A stretch of DNA of 63,152 nt from a virus (Duplodnaviria > Caudoviricetes): the IMG/VR virus record IMGVR_UViG_3300009506_000026, positions 1 to 63,152 of that record; one strand, given 5' to 3'. This document shows positions 27,717 through 37,778 of this stretch, one piece after another; within the stretch, counting starts at the first letter, position 1; every line of letters begins with the position of its first letter. The notes under the pieces were generated by a model, which was not told the origin of the DNA, searched no databases, and saw nothing but the letters and a program-made list of their open reading frames with translations. The translations under genes were made by a program, and so were the position numbers.

Positions 27717-27985
27717 CATGATTCTGGCAATTCTTCTTCTCCATTTTGGGGCCTCTTCAATGCTCTCTGTAAAAGATCATTTTTTTCGGAGGACCCTTGG
27801 GAGGTATGAAAATACCAACCCATTGAGGTAACGTATGATCCAACTAAAGCACCTACAAGTATGTCTATCGTCCTTTGAGCAGGTTCTGGGATACTCGGAC
27901 TAATCAACAGGAAGATAAGAAGTACTGCAAAAAACCCTAACGTATTAAGCAACGCAAACACAAATTGAGCCTTATTTCTAGACAT
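27716..27985 (-). CDS. Holin-like two-TM protein
   Basis: Two TM helices, WYFHTSQGS motif, charged C-terminus. Confidence 0.6.
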   Translation of the reverse strand: MSRNKAQFVFALLNTLGFFAVLLIFLLISPSIPEPAQRTIDILVGALVGSYVTSMGWYFHTSQGSSEKNDLLQRALKRPQNGEEELPES

Positions 27986-27986
27986 G

Positions 27987-28481
27987 CTACCCCCAATATA
28001 GTGCAAATCGTTTCACCTGCACAACCAAATCATCCACACTTAAATAAAGCAAGTTTTGATCATATTCAGGGACGATCTGACCATCAGGCATCGACAAAAA
28101 GAACTCCGACATGACCAAGAACGTACCACCTACCATGCTGTTGAATTTTGTCAGTTGAGCAAAGGCCAAGATTTTCAAATCCCCATAAGTAATCCCCGCT
28201 TCAATCCGTTTCTTTACCTCATTCATCCATTTCTCAAACTGATCAGCTTGCCACAGTTCTAATACCAATCCTTCTTTTGCTGCCACGACCATCATTGCAT
28301 GAACGGCGCAGGGGTTCTGTTTCAGTTTGTCAGCCTGTTCACAAATCGAGGATGTTATCGCTCCTTCCGAAGCCTTCCATTCATCACACACGGAGCAGGG
28401 CCTATCAAAAGGATTGTTTATGTGTAATGTACCACATCCTACCAAAAAAATCAGCAACAAAATAAAACCCAATCGTTTCAT
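27987..28481 (-). CDS. Lipoprotein
   Basis: MKRLGFILLLIFLVGC lipobox. Confidence 0.7.
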   Translation of the reverse strand: MKRLGFILLLIFLVGCGTLHINNPFDRPCSVCDEWKASEGAITSSICEQADKLKQNPCAVHAMMVVAAKEGLVLELWQADQFEKWMNEVKKRIEAGITYGDLKILAFAQLTKFNSMVGGTFLVMSEFFLSMPDGQIVPEYDQNLLYLSVDDLVVQVKRFALYWG

Positions 28482-28921
28482 TTTCCAATCTCCTTAGATA
28501 AATGTTCAATCGATTTCTTATTGGAATTCATTGTTTCCATTGCTCCCCTCATGAATTCCTCTGTTTTTCCCATATGCCTGTTAATACTTTTGATCAAATC
28601 AAGATATAGACCCTCTGTTTTTTCTTCCCACTTAACCCTCCTTTCCTCGGCTTTGTCCAATTGAATACACAAAGCCGTTATTTTTTTCTCCACGCTACCC
28701 ATACTGTTCGAAAGTGGACAAGTTGCTCGAAATCCCGCACACCTCTCTTCCGAGACAATCTTTTGTGAGGTTAATTTATCCATGTCCTTCTCCAAACCTT
28801 CGATTTTTTCTTTCTGCGCCCCCTTATCTTCATTTATCCTTTTTGAAAATTGGTACCAAGTGAATATCAGACCGCATGCCGTTAAGAAAAATCCGAATAT
28901 TGTTTCCCATCCAAGTGTCAT
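28478..28921 (-). CDS. Single-TM coiled-coil protein (holin/anti-holin-like)
   Basis: N-terminal TM followed by a coiled coil; ATGA overlap. Confidence 0.6.
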   Translation of the reverse strand: MTLGWETIFGFFLTACGLIFTWYQFSKRINEDKGAQKEKIEGLEKDMDKLTSQKIVSEERCAGFRATCPLSNSMGSVEKKITALCIQLDKAEERRVKWEEKTEGLYLDLIKSINRHMGKTEEFMRGAMETMNSNKKSIEHLSKEIGK

Positions 28922-29859
28922 CCATCTTCTCCTTTCCATTTCCTTGCCCACTCTTGAATAGAGATTTTCTGCTGATTGGCGATATGCTTTCTGTGTGGTT
29001 GGCACTTGGCAATGACATCCTGATAGATGTTCTTTAAAGCTTCGGGTTTCCCCTTCATGTTTTCAGAGAACAATCGACATAAATCCTCTCCTCCATAACA
29101 ATATGTTGCAATTAATTTATTCCTTAAATAATCGTCGTACACATAACAATACCCCCTTTTCTCCCCATGATGAAAAAGAGGCTCCGTAGGGAATATCCAT
29201 TTCTTCATTCCCATCACTGCCAATGAAAAATTCAAAAATTGCTCACCCCCAGAATAAATTCCAAGCTCAGGAGGCCATCCCCCCAATTTATTGTAAACCT
29301 CCCTTGACATCATTACTCCACAACAACTCATACAAGGGACCTCATAGGGAGATTCATTCCTCCTGTACCCCGTAAAAGAATAATCTAAATGTCCTTTACT
29401 TAGATTGTTTACCAACTTGTAAATCAATATATGTGATTCTAAGATTTTGTATGTTAAGGGCAAATGAAGGGTACCATTCAGCTCCCTATGATTCTCTTTA
29501 TAAAATTGGAACATATTAAATAGAGAGTCTCGGGAGATAATACAATGGGCATCACAGAACCAAAGAAAATCCCCCGTGGAATGCTTCACTCCTAAATTCT
29601 TTGACTGCCAATGTGACAGCTTCTTTTCATACTTCAAATATTTCAACCAGGGATTGATCCTACCAGAACAGGCATTCACTGCCTCTCCACTTTTGTCATT
29701 TTCATATCCTAACGATTTTACCTGCTCGCAATAATTATCCACTGCAATGACTTCAAAATCAACTCTGCCCCTTAGTTCCTGTGCAATGTTCTGTAGGGTA
29801 AAAAGGACTTGTGGATACTCATTACAAAAAGGAATTATCACGGACAACTTTTCATTCAT
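28918..29859 (-). CDS. GT-A glycosyltransferase with polypeptide GalNAc-transferase (GT27)-like motifs
   Basis: LSVIIPFCNE, FCDAHC (DxH), VPCMSCCGVMMSREVYNKLGGW, GIYSGGEQFLNF. Confidence 0.85.
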   Translation of the reverse strand: MNEKLSVIIPFCNEYPQVLFTLQNIAQELRGRVDFEVIAVDNYCEQVKSLGYENDKSGEAVNACSGRINPWLKYLKYEKKLSHWQSKNLGVKHSTGDFLWFCDAHCIISRDSLFNMFQFYKENHRELNGTLHLPLTYKILESHILIYKLVNNLSKGHLDYSFTGYRRNESPYEVPCMSCCGVMMSREVYNKLGGWPPELGIYSGGEQFLNFSLAVMGMKKWIFPTEPLFHHGEKRGYCYVYDDYLRNKLIATYCYGGEDLCRLFSENMKGKPEALKNIYQDVIAKCQPHRKHIANQQKISIQEWARKWKGEDG

Positions 29860-29862
29860 CCT

Positions 29863-30750
29863 TCACCTCACCAATGATTGCAAATATTTGTCGAAATCCC
29901 TCGCCGACCTCTCTATATTATATCCTATTCTGAATTTATTCCTCCCTGATTTTCTTACTTTATTTAGGATTGTTCCATTCGATAATATCCAATTTAGTTT
30001 ATCAACAAAATCAAATTGAGTGTATCCAATATAATCCTTACCTTCGATTAAATTAGCATAAGGAAAAAGCTTAGTTTCATCTAAACTTTTGTGGGCAAAC
30101 AGAAGGGCTCCCGTTCTTAAAACATCGGTATACATATCGGAACTGGGACCAAATCCAGGACATCCTATAACCACCTTTGTTCTTCTCAATTCTTGTAAAT
30201 ATTGTTCCCTCTGAATCCTCCCATGCACAATCAAATCATTGGTAAAGTTTTTGAATAGTAATTCTTTAACGCTTTCCCGAATATAGTGTGGGTATTTCGG
30301 TTTCGAAAAACTAAAAATGGAACACCGGAAATTGATTACAATCTCCCTATCAAATTCATCCTCATAGATTTCCTCCCCCGAATTGATTGAAACAATAAAG
30401 GCTACAGGGTAATTATTCAGATAAAACTTAGTTGGAGCGCATTTAATTCGTGGAAATAAATTCCCAAATCGTAGGAATCCATTCTGATTCCCATTATCAT
30501 GAGAATCAAGCAATACTTTGGGTCCTTCAAAATCTAAAAACAGCTTGTCGGTCTTTTCAATAACCCACGGCTTGAATTTGTACCCCATAGTCTCATTAGG
30601 AAATGTATTATATACCAACACATCTCCTAAATTTTCTGTGTATTCTGCTAAAGGATTCCATATGATCGTATGCTTATCCTCTAATAAAGACAGCATTTTT
30701 TGGAAGTATTTTTGATTACTGCCCTTAGAAAAACAATATTGAATTTTCAT
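29863..30750 (-). CDS. GT-B-like glycosyltransferase (CgeB/Glyco_trans_1_2-like)
   Basis: YLQELRRTKVVIGCPGFG, DVLRTGALL, DFVDKLNWIL. Confidence 0.7.
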   Translation of the reverse strand: MKIQYCFSKGSNQKYFQKMLSLLEDKHTIIWNPLAEYTENLGDVLVYNTFPNETMGYKFKPWVIEKTDKLFLDFEGPKVLLDSHDNGNQNGFLRFGNLFPRIKCAPTKFYLNNYPVAFIVSINSGEEIYEDEFDREIVINFRCSIFSFSKPKYPHYIRESVKELLFKNFTNDLIVHGRIQREQYLQELRRTKVVIGCPGFGPSSDMYTDVLRTGALLFAHKSLDETKLFPYANLIEGKDYIGYTQFDFVDKLNWILSNGTILNKVRKSGRNKFRIGYNIERSARDFDKYLQSLVR

Positions 30751-31478
30751 TCCTCCCTCTCCCATTCTAAAAAGAAAGCTTTGCTACCTTTCTTCTTGAA
30801 TTTATAATCTGCCATCCATCTCCTCCCTAAATCTTGAATATAATTGGGTGAGTTCGGTTTTCCAAAGACACCGAACTTCCATTTTAATACCTCATCTAGT
30901 AGGGGGGATCCTTTCTCATGAAATTGTTTCTCGGGATTAAAATCTTCTCTAAGATAGGGGAGACAGTTCCTAACAAAATCATGTCTAATTAAGGAGGGAT
31001 GTCCACAAAATCCTACTCCCCCAATCAGCTCCTTCGGACATTCGAAATAATCCCCATTCCAGGGGAAAAACTTATCCCAATTTTTCATTTTATCCTCTGA
31101 GGATTTGAACTGGGGGAGTCGAAGGGAAGCAAGTTCAGGATATTTCTCCATTAAAAATATCATTTTCTTTAAACTCACAAATACTTTTAATTCCCAATCA
31201 TCCTCCAAATGAAAAATAAATTCTGATTCCGTTTGTTCCCATGTCCATTTAAAGGCGGAGGCAAAATTGGGTTTCTCCGCTATTCTATATTTGCCCATGT
31301 GGGGGTAAAACATTTCAACCACATCGATTACTCTTTGTGGATGACTTGTCCCTATAGGATCTACATTTACAATAGGACGAATAGTTGCTTGCCCAAATAA
31401 ATTATTCTCAAAGGAATATAAAGTTCGATACAGAATCTCCGGGCGACAACAAGCCGTTATGGTTACATCGATGATCAT
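30747..31478 (-). CDS. GT-A glycosyltransferase
   Basis: ITACCRPEIL..TLYSF, FIFHLEDDW, GHPSL. Confidence 0.8.
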   Translation of the reverse strand: MIIDVTITACCRPEILYRTLYSFENNLFGQATIRPIVNVDPIGTSHPQRVIDVVEMFYPHMGKYRIAEKPNFASAFKWTWEQTESEFIFHLEDDWELKVFVSLKKMIFLMEKYPELASLRLPQFKSSEDKMKNWDKFFPWNGDYFECPKELIGGVGFCGHPSLIRHDFVRNCLPYLREDFNPEKQFHEKGSPLLDEVLKWKFGVFGKPNSPNYIQDLGRRWMADYKFKKKGSKAFFLEWEREE

Positions 31479-31479
31479 T

Positions 31480-32091
31480 TCAGGAGTACCTCCTTTTCTG
31501 AAAATACAATAGATTGTCATAAAAGGCTTTTATGCCTGGTTTTTTCTTCCATGGTTCCCACGCTCTTCGGATTCTATCTACCGGATTGGAATTGAACTCA
31601 TAAGATTTATAATGGAACTTTTCTATCCAATATTCCGCTGGTTGACAATTTACATGGTAATGTCCCCCTTGTCCTGGGGGAGCGGCGGACAAAAGCAATT
31701 TATCGGAAAAGGCGATCAGATTGTCCAATAAGATATCGGAATACTCTTCCTCAATATGCTCCAATACTTCAAAACAAGTGCAAAGATCGAACCTCCCTGG
31801 GAACATATTTTGCACGTCTATGGGGCTTCTTAAATCCATATAAACAATGAATCTGGTCATGGCAAACTGTGAGGCATGTTTCGATCCTTCAAGACCCCAA
31901 GCAACTATCTCCCATTTCTTCCGAAAATGATCCACCAAATCGCCTACCGCACATCCTACATCCATAAGAGTTGTAGGATTAAACTCTTCCATTATTGCAC
32001 GACAGACGTGCTCCGCTCTCCAGGCAAGACGGGTATGAATTTTGAAAAAGTGTGGTTTGTAAATTTCTTCAAGTGGTTTTCTATTCTCCAT
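31480..32091 (-). CDS. Class I SAM methyltransferase
   Basis: MDVGCAVG, FDLCTCFEVLEHI, SAAPPGQGGHYHVNCQ. Confidence 0.88.
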   Translation of the reverse strand: MENRKPLEEIYKPHFFKIHTRLAWRAEHVCRAIMEEFNPTTLMDVGCAVGDLVDHFRKKWEIVAWGLEGSKHASQFAMTRFIVYMDLRSPIDVQNMFPGRFDLCTCFEVLEHIEEEYSDILLDNLIAFSDKLLLSAAPPGQGGHYHVNCQPAEYWIEKFHYKSYEFNSNPVDRIRRAWEPWKKKPGIKAFYDNLLYFQKRRYS

Positions 32092-32355
32092 CTATTGTCT
32101 CCTAAAGATTCTACAAAAAAAGTTCCATACTTTTACAAACCATTTCTCCTCATAGTATTCCACTAAATCAATATACTTCGTTGCTCCACATACTGGACAG
32201 CAAAGACCTATTATTTCATCCTCGCAATCTAATGATGCCATCATAGGCCATAATACAACGTCGATTCTTCCTTCCCTCTCACAATTAACACATATAGGGT
32301 AATACACAAGGTCGTCTTTCCTTGTGAAATCAGGCCGGTATATTTTCGTTGTCAT
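32092..32355 (-). CDS. Zinc-finger hypothetical protein
   Basis: CVNC..CPVC. Confidence 0.55.
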   Translation of the reverse strand: MTTKIYRPDFTRKDDLVYYPICVNCEREGRIDVVLWPMMASLDCEDEIIGLCCPVCGATKYIDLVEYYEEKWFVKVWNFFCRIFRRQ

Positions 32356-32683
32356 GTTCCAACCCTCTTCTCCCCATAAATCGTATCGGCTTTCCCATAG
32401 CTTTGGCAATCGCAATTTCGGTGCAAACCCCCTTAGATTTTCTCCAATCTTTAAAATCTGCTACCCATACCTCATCACACCATTCAATAAATGGTACGTC
32501 TTGAAATAGCCAAAATTCTGTCCCTTCGGGGGGATTCACCATTACACAGGCTATTGGGTGGGTGTGACTAATAGGACTGAAAACCTCATAACCTTGTAGC
32601 ATCAATTCCCCTGCTATTTTATTGGCCATTTCAAAGCTCTCCTGTTCCTGTCCCGTGTAGGGAATTGCTAGGTAAATTTTCAT
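32330..32683 (-). CDS. DUF1937 / nucleoside 2-deoxyribosyltransferase-like protein
   Basis: IYLAIPYT, FSPISHTH, CDEV, SKGVCTEIAIA. Confidence 0.8.
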   Translation of the reverse strand: MKIYLAIPYTGQEQESFEMANKIAGELMLQGYEVFSPISHTHPIACVMVNPPEGTEFWLFQDVPFIEWCDEVWVADFKDWRKSKGVCTEIAIAKAMGKPIRFMGRRGLEHDNENIPA

Positions 32684-33867
32684 AATGATCCCGAAAATAG
32701 AGGTTCCTGAATGTCCTCCTCCTCTTTATATGCATGATCATAATTCTTGTAATCATCCTCTATATCTGGGAATATTATAAAGGGCGCCTCAAACCGAAGA
32801 ATATTTCCTTTCTTCAAGGTCGCCTTTATTATGTATCCCCCCACTACAGGGAAATACCCCTTGCGTTTTAGATAATTAGTTCTTCCCTCAAATCCCCCCG
32901 ATTGACAAGCAAATATGGGACCAAATAGAGCCTGCATTTGGATATGTAGATGTCCTGCAAGAAAGAACCTTATCTTTGATTGTTTGCTTGCATACTCATC
33001 CACAGCTTTATAAAGCTCCTGAAAGGCAAGCTGTTCCACTCCTTTCTGTAGACGATAGGAGTAGGCATAGGGGATTCCCCCAGAGGGGTGCCAAAGCTGT
33101 GCCTCGACCTTATCTATTAGAGGAATGTTGGCGACATCTCCCCCCAAATAATGAATATCCTCCCTTCTTTTGCTAATTGCCAAAACGGGATTGTGTCCCG
33201 CCCTTTTAACAAAATCATAATCATGATTGCCTGCAAGCATGTACCAATCGAAACCTGTCGGTAAATTTCTTAGCAGACTTCTTTCCTGTTCCTCCGCACT
33301 ACTAGCATAAATATCATGCTCCTGTCCTTGATACACCTTTATTCCTGCGAATACATCTCCAGGAACAAGGATATGTTTCACCCCCTCCTGTTTAGCCTGC
33401 TTACAAAATTGATTTAACCCAGTGATTTGGCATGCTTTGGAACCAAAATGTAGATCAGATGTTACTCCAAACACAATCTCCTTTGAATCCGAAAGTGGAC
33501 TTTCAATCATTTCTCCGCTCCCTAATGCTTCGGACGAATACACAATCCGATTGTCCTGAATGAACACATCCACACCCCCTACTCGACATTCATCAACGAG
33601 GTTTCTTAGCTCCGTTGGACTACAATCCAAATCAGTCATTACATCCGAACAACTCATTGAGTTCCCATGTCCCTTTAGCATTTCGATTAACAAATTTGCT
33701 CCAATTTTTGCCATAGTTCCTGTATGACCCTCTAATTCGGACATTCCTCTCTCCTCTTTCAAGCGTTCTCGTCTCCGCCTCTCATTGATCCGATGGCGTT
33801 CGAGGCATGATGGACAACGTGTTCTACCCTGTGCCGCCTCCTTTGAGCAATCAATACACCTCATCAT
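32680..33867 (-). CDS. Calcineurin-like metallophosphoesterase with N-terminal Zn-finger/HTH
   Basis: SDLHFG, PGDVF, GNHD, WHP, AGHLH. Confidence 0.85.
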   Translation of the reverse strand: MMRCIDCSKEAAQGRTRCPSCLERHRINERRRRERLKEERGMSELEGHTGTMAKIGANLLIEMLKGHGNSMSCSDVMTDLDCSPTELRNLVDECRVGGVDVFIQDNRIVYSSEALGSGEMIESPLSDSKEIVFGVTSDLHFGSKACQITGLNQFCKQAKQEGVKHILVPGDVFAGIKVYQGQEHDIYASSAEEQERSLLRNLPTGFDWYMLAGNHDYDFVKRAGHNPVLAISKRREDIHYLGGDVANIPLIDKVEAQLWHPSGGIPYAYSYRLQKGVEQLAFQELYKAVDEYASKQSKIRFFLAGHLHIQMQALFGPIFACQSGGFEGRTNYLKRKGYFPVVGGYIIKATLKKGNILRFEAPFIIFPDIEDDYKNYDHAYKEEEDIQEPLFSGSL

Positions 33868-33877
33868 GTCCCCTTTA

Positions 33878-34615
33878 TTATTCAATGTGGTCAACTAGAC
33901 CCCACTCCTTGGCCTTATCAGTACAGAACCAAGTCGTGTGTTTTTCTAGTTCTCCCCATTTGTCCTTGGACAACTTAGAATTTTTTACCAACTTATCAAT
34001 GTAGCGATCACGCAGCAGTTCCATCAACTCATTTTGTGCCCTAATGTCCGAAGCGGATTCCCGTCCTGGCCATTTCCACAAAGCAACCTCGTGAACCATG
34101 AAAATCGTTCCGGGTGCCGCAAAGCGTTTAGAACAAACAGCGAATACAGGAACCGCCGCACTAGCAATGATTCCAGATGCATGTGCCGTGATATGAAATC
34201 CCTTGCGCTTGGCACGTTCGATCTGGTCGGCCAACGCCAGGCCGGAGAATGCATCTCCCCCAGGTGAATTTATGAACAGGTTTACATCTCTTATTTGTGT
34301 ATTGTATTCCAAGAATACAAGATCATTCCAAAGACGGGTGACATCCGCAACCGACAACCCGGAAAAAATCTTGACAAAGGCTTTATCCTTGGCGATGAAA
34401 GACAGTTGAGACAAAGACCCTTCCGGATTGGGAACCTCCATTGATTTATTAATTTGATCCCCTTTATTCACTTCAACGGAAGAGGGACCTTGTGCCCCCA
34501 CTTTGACAAGAATTTCCTGAGGTTTACTTGCAATTTGTGGCATCGAACAACTAAGAAAAAAAATAGCAAAAATTGACAGGATTAAAGCATTGAGGATACT
34601 CGATTTTGTTTTCAT
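33878..34615 (-). CDS. ClpP-like (S14) serine protease with lipoprotein signal
   Basis: FFLSC lipobox; INSPGG, ASAA (catalytic Ser), FMVHE, AKEWGLVD. Confidence 0.85.
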   Translation of the reverse strand: MKTKSSILNALILSIFAIFFLSCSMPQIASKPQEILVKVGAQGPSSVEVNKGDQINKSMEVPNPEGSLSQLSFIAKDKAFVKIFSGLSVADVTRLWNDLVFLEYNTQIRDVNLFINSPGGDAFSGLALADQIERAKRKGFHITAHASGIIASAAVPVFAVCSKRFAAPGTIFMVHEVALWKWPGRESASDIRAQNELMELLRDRYIDKLVKNSKLSKDKWGELEKHTTWFCTDKAKEWGLVDHIE

Positions 34616-34626
34616 CTTCGGTTTCC

Positions 34627-35331
34627 TTAAAAAATTGTTCTTGGATCTTTACCTCGTTCTCTCCAATAGTTAATCCAAATACCCCTTTCTTTCTCTAATA
34701 CAATCTTATATTGCAGCAAGTTGGATACTTGATTGCGCCCTGATTTATGATAGATAAAACAGTCCTTCAATCTAATCCAACTATAATTGCCCGAGGTTCT
34801 CAAATGATAAGAAATCCAATTGTCACCGAAGAATATTCTAAACTTTCTAACAGGAATCGGGGGAATGCGAAAAGCAACTTCCCTTCGCATTAAAATCACC
34901 CCGGCATTTCCCTTCCCTGTTGGTAGTGCCTCCCCAGATAAATCATCCAAAGAAGCACACTTTGGCAATGGTAGTTCCTCTACTACCGTAGCCGTAACAC
35001 ACCCTGTCGTCAATCCCGCATATCTTACCCCTGTGGCCCTTACCGACTTCTCCAAAAGACATTTGCATAATCGCAAATCATCCGCAAGTATCCCTACAAA
35101 GTCGAATCTCATTCCAAGACAGATGTTCCAAACTGCATTGGTACCAATATTACCCTCGTTGGGCTTGTTCACTCGAAATTGAAAATCGTATTTTATGTCC
35201 CTCCCTTCAAATTTCCCCCCATTATCCACCAATAGAACATAATCAGGTTTCATTGTCTGTTTATTCAAATCGCCAAGGACATTTAAAACTTGAGTAGGTC
35301 TCATGCAGGGGATTACAAGTCCTATACTCAT
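34627..35331 (-). CDS. GT2 glycosyltransferase
   Basis: LVIPC, LLVDNG, GILADD, FFGDNW. Confidence 0.85.
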   Translation of the reverse strand: MSIGLVIPCMRPTQVLNVLGDLNKQTMKPDYVLLVDNGGKFEGRDIKYDFQFRVNKPNEGNIGTNAVWNICLGMRFDFVGILADDLRLCKCLLEKSVRATGVRYAGLTTGCVTATVVEELPLPKCASLDDLSGEALPTGKGNAGVILMRREVAFRIPPIPVRKFRIFFGDNWISYHLRTSGNYSWIRLKDCFIYHKSGRNQVSNLLQYKIVLEKERGIWINYWRERGKDPRTIF

Positions 35332-36059
35332 AGCTTAAAATCCTCGATTCTCTGTGAAAGTTTATTATGTCGGAACAAATTTGCATGGATTTGTGCCATG
35401 CGAAATACCTTTAATCTGTCTCTCCAAATTGTCTCCGCTATTTTTTCGTTGTAAACATAGTGCTTCCTTGAAGGAAGCATCATTTGTAATACCTCACTTT
35501 TAACAATATGGGGATTAAATACATAGGTATTTTTTACCTCTTCAAAGATCGTTTGTGAGGTATCCAATAAACCCTTTTGATCCCTTTTATAGTCCCAATA
35601 GAAGGGAACTTCTGGCTTAACCAGGTCCTTATGCTTCCCATAAATAACAGTATCATAATTAAAATATTTGCATTCCTTCCATGATCGAAGTCGTATGCAT
35701 CCAAAATCTTTGAACACCTCAAAGAACTTAAAAATAAAATTAAGATAATAGGTCAAAGGCTCGCAACAAATAAAATCATCCTCCATATACATACAAAAAG
35801 GGGTGTCTTCTTTCAGACAGGCCCTCATTACTTGGACGTGTCCCCAGCCCCCTCCTCTATTTTCCTCAAACGAAATTACCTCTTTGAATTGTCCCTCATA
35901 TTTTGCTACCACATCCAATGTATCTTTTTCCACCGACTGAATACAAATTTTAAAGATAAAAGTGTCCAGACAATCTCTATTCAAATGGAAGAACGAGTCC
36001 AAAGTCTTATCCAATATTTGTGGTCGTTTGCACGTAAGAAAACCTACCGCAATTTTCAT
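35328..36059 (-). CDS. GT-A glycosyltransferase
   Basis: LTCKRPQILDKTLDSF, ENRGG, MYMEDDF. Confidence 0.8.
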   Translation of the reverse strand: MKIAVGFLTCKRPQILDKTLDSFFHLNRDCLDTFIFKICIQSVEKDTLDVVAKYEGQFKEVISFEENRGGGWGHVQVMRACLKEDTPFCMYMEDDFICCEPLTYYLNFIFKFFEVFKDFGCIRLRSWKECKYFNYDTVIYGKHKDLVKPEVPFYWDYKRDQKGLLDTSQTIFEEVKNTYVFNPHIVKSEVLQMMLPSRKHYVYNEKIAETIWRDRLKVFRMAQIHANLFRHNKLSQRIEDFKL

Positions 36060-36997
36060 AAAAAATTCCTATGCCTTAATGGAGTGAATCTTTTGTCCCT
36101 AACCTTCTCATACACTTTAGCATAATTTATATATCGACAGGATCCACAGATTCTAAGATCGGGTTTAAATTGATTCCTTCTTGCCCAAATATCTTCCAAG
36201 CTTTCCTCGTTCACATCCCCTATAATAAAATCAGGATTTCCTCTATGAACACAACAATAATAAACCTTGCCATTCGCTCCCACCTGACCTATTAGACCTG
36301 CGATTTGACAAGGGAGATTGGAGTCCAATTCTACCGAATATCTATCAACCTTAAATAACCCCTCATCTGAAATGTTCCTCATTGTACTTTCAATTCCAGA
36401 GATTTTCCAAGCAGGTTTTATTTGTGCATAAGATACTCCCAATGATTCCGCTAGTTCTCTAAACCCCTCAACCTCCTGTTTATTTTTCTCCGTGACTACC
36501 ATACTTAACCCTACATCTGTTTTCCCTACACACATTCTTACATTCTCTATAACCTCATCGAAAACATTGTTTCCTTTTATGGCTTCGTATGTTTTAGGAG
36601 TAGCCGCATCCAAACTAATCCTAATAAATTGAAACTTGTCAAGCACCCCCTCCACCCGATCCAAAAATATTCCGTTTGTTATTAACCCAATTTCTAAACC
36701 TAAATCGTAAGCCGCCCAAATCATCTTCTCCGCAAAAGGATTTGTTAATGGTTCTCCCCCACCCGACAATGTAATGGATTTCGCTTCCATTTGGTACACT
36801 TCAAAAATGACATCACTAAATGTAGACCATGTCATTACCGAACGATCCTTGTTTAGATAATTCTTGTAATGACAAAAATAGCACCTATTCTGACAAGTAT
36901 TAGCAATGTCAATTTCACAGGTTACAAAGGGCTGTCTTTTCCCTTCTATTATCCTATCTGTTTCCTTTAAAAAATTTAGAATCTTGAAATCCATCAT
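36056..36997 (-). CDS. Radical SAM / SPASM-twitch protein
   Basis: CQNRCYFCH, SGGGEP, ITNG, ISLDA, C..G..G.VYYCC, CGSC. Confidence 0.9.
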   Translation of the reverse strand: MMDFKILNFLKETDRIIEGKRQPFVTCEIDIANTCQNRCYFCHYKNYLNKDRSVMTWSTFSDVIFEVYQMEAKSITLSGGGEPLTNPFAEKMIWAAYDLGLEIGLITNGIFLDRVEGVLDKFQFIRISLDAATPKTYEAIKGNNVFDEVIENVRMCVGKTDVGLSMVVTEKNKQEVEGFRELAESLGVSYAQIKPAWKISGIESTMRNISDEGLFKVDRYSVELDSNLPCQIAGLIGQVGANGKVYYCCVHRGNPDFIIGDVNEESLEDIWARRNQFKPDLRICGSCRYINYAKVYEKVRDKRFTPLRHRNFL

Positions 36998-37778
36998 CTT
37001 CCCACTCCACGTAATTTTTTCCTTTATGTGAATAATATCGAAATCTAATACCTGCTCTCCTCAACAAGTTTCTAAATCTTTCGGTGTCTCCCGTCACAGG
37101 TCCCACTATTTTACGGTCATACACGCTGAAAAAAGTATCCCCTATTCTAAAAATAGGACCATCTTCCTTAAATTCAAAATCCTTTTTGAATGTTCTCCTT
37201 AAATGAGTAACTAATAAATTAAAATTGACCTCCTCTTTGGGATAAGCATTTTCTTTTTTTATCTCAACTGGGATTCCCGCGGCAAAACAGAAATCAGGTA
37301 AATCTTTATTTACTAAGGACATTGCGGCTACCATCACTCCCTTTCCAATAGTGACCCCAGGATTCACCCAAGCATGTGGCAGCCAGGAAAAATGTCGTAT
37401 CTCTACAGGAGCAAATTGAAAGGGGTATCCCCAATCATAGGGAGCATAAGCACCATGTGTCCAAATATTGGACTGATGTCCTATTCCCACCTCATGCCAT
37501 ATTTTCACTCTACAAGCGGTATTGATATGAGCAAATCGTCCTAAATGCAAAAAGTCCCCTGCGATCAATTCCGATGTTTCCTCGAAACAACTACCCCCTC
37601 CTATCCAACTATATTCATGAATCCAAGCCTCTCTACCGATTATTACCGATCTACCCTCGATCTTAGCATAATCGTTAATCACACTACCATCACCAATTTC
37701 AAAATGTTCGGTGACATTGATCGTGGCTTTCGGACTTATTCTAACATTTTCTCCCTGTTGCCATCTCATAATAGCCAC
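36954..37778 (-). CDS. Hexapeptide-repeat (left-handed beta-helix) O-acyltransferase
   Basis: IWTHG, VNPGVTIGKG, AAMSLVNKD, AAGIPV. Confidence 0.85.
   Translation of the reverse strand: MAIMRWQQGENVRISPKATINVTEHFEIGDGSVINDYAKIEGRSVIIGREAWIHEYSWIGGGSCFEETSELIAGDFLHLGRFAHINTACRVKIWHEVGIGHQSNIWTHGAYAPYDWGYPFQFAPVEIRHFSWLPHAWVNPGVTIGKGVMVAAMSLVNKDLPDFCFAAGIPVEIKKENAYPKEEVNFNLLVTHLRRTFKKDFEFKEDGPIFRIGDTFFSVYDRKIVGPVTGDTERFRNLLRRAGIRFRYYSHKGKNYVEWEDDGFQDSKFFKGNR

Noticed and set aside
27716-28921. Complete lysis cassette
   Set aside because: Only membrane and lipoprotein genes are present; no endolysin motif was recognised.
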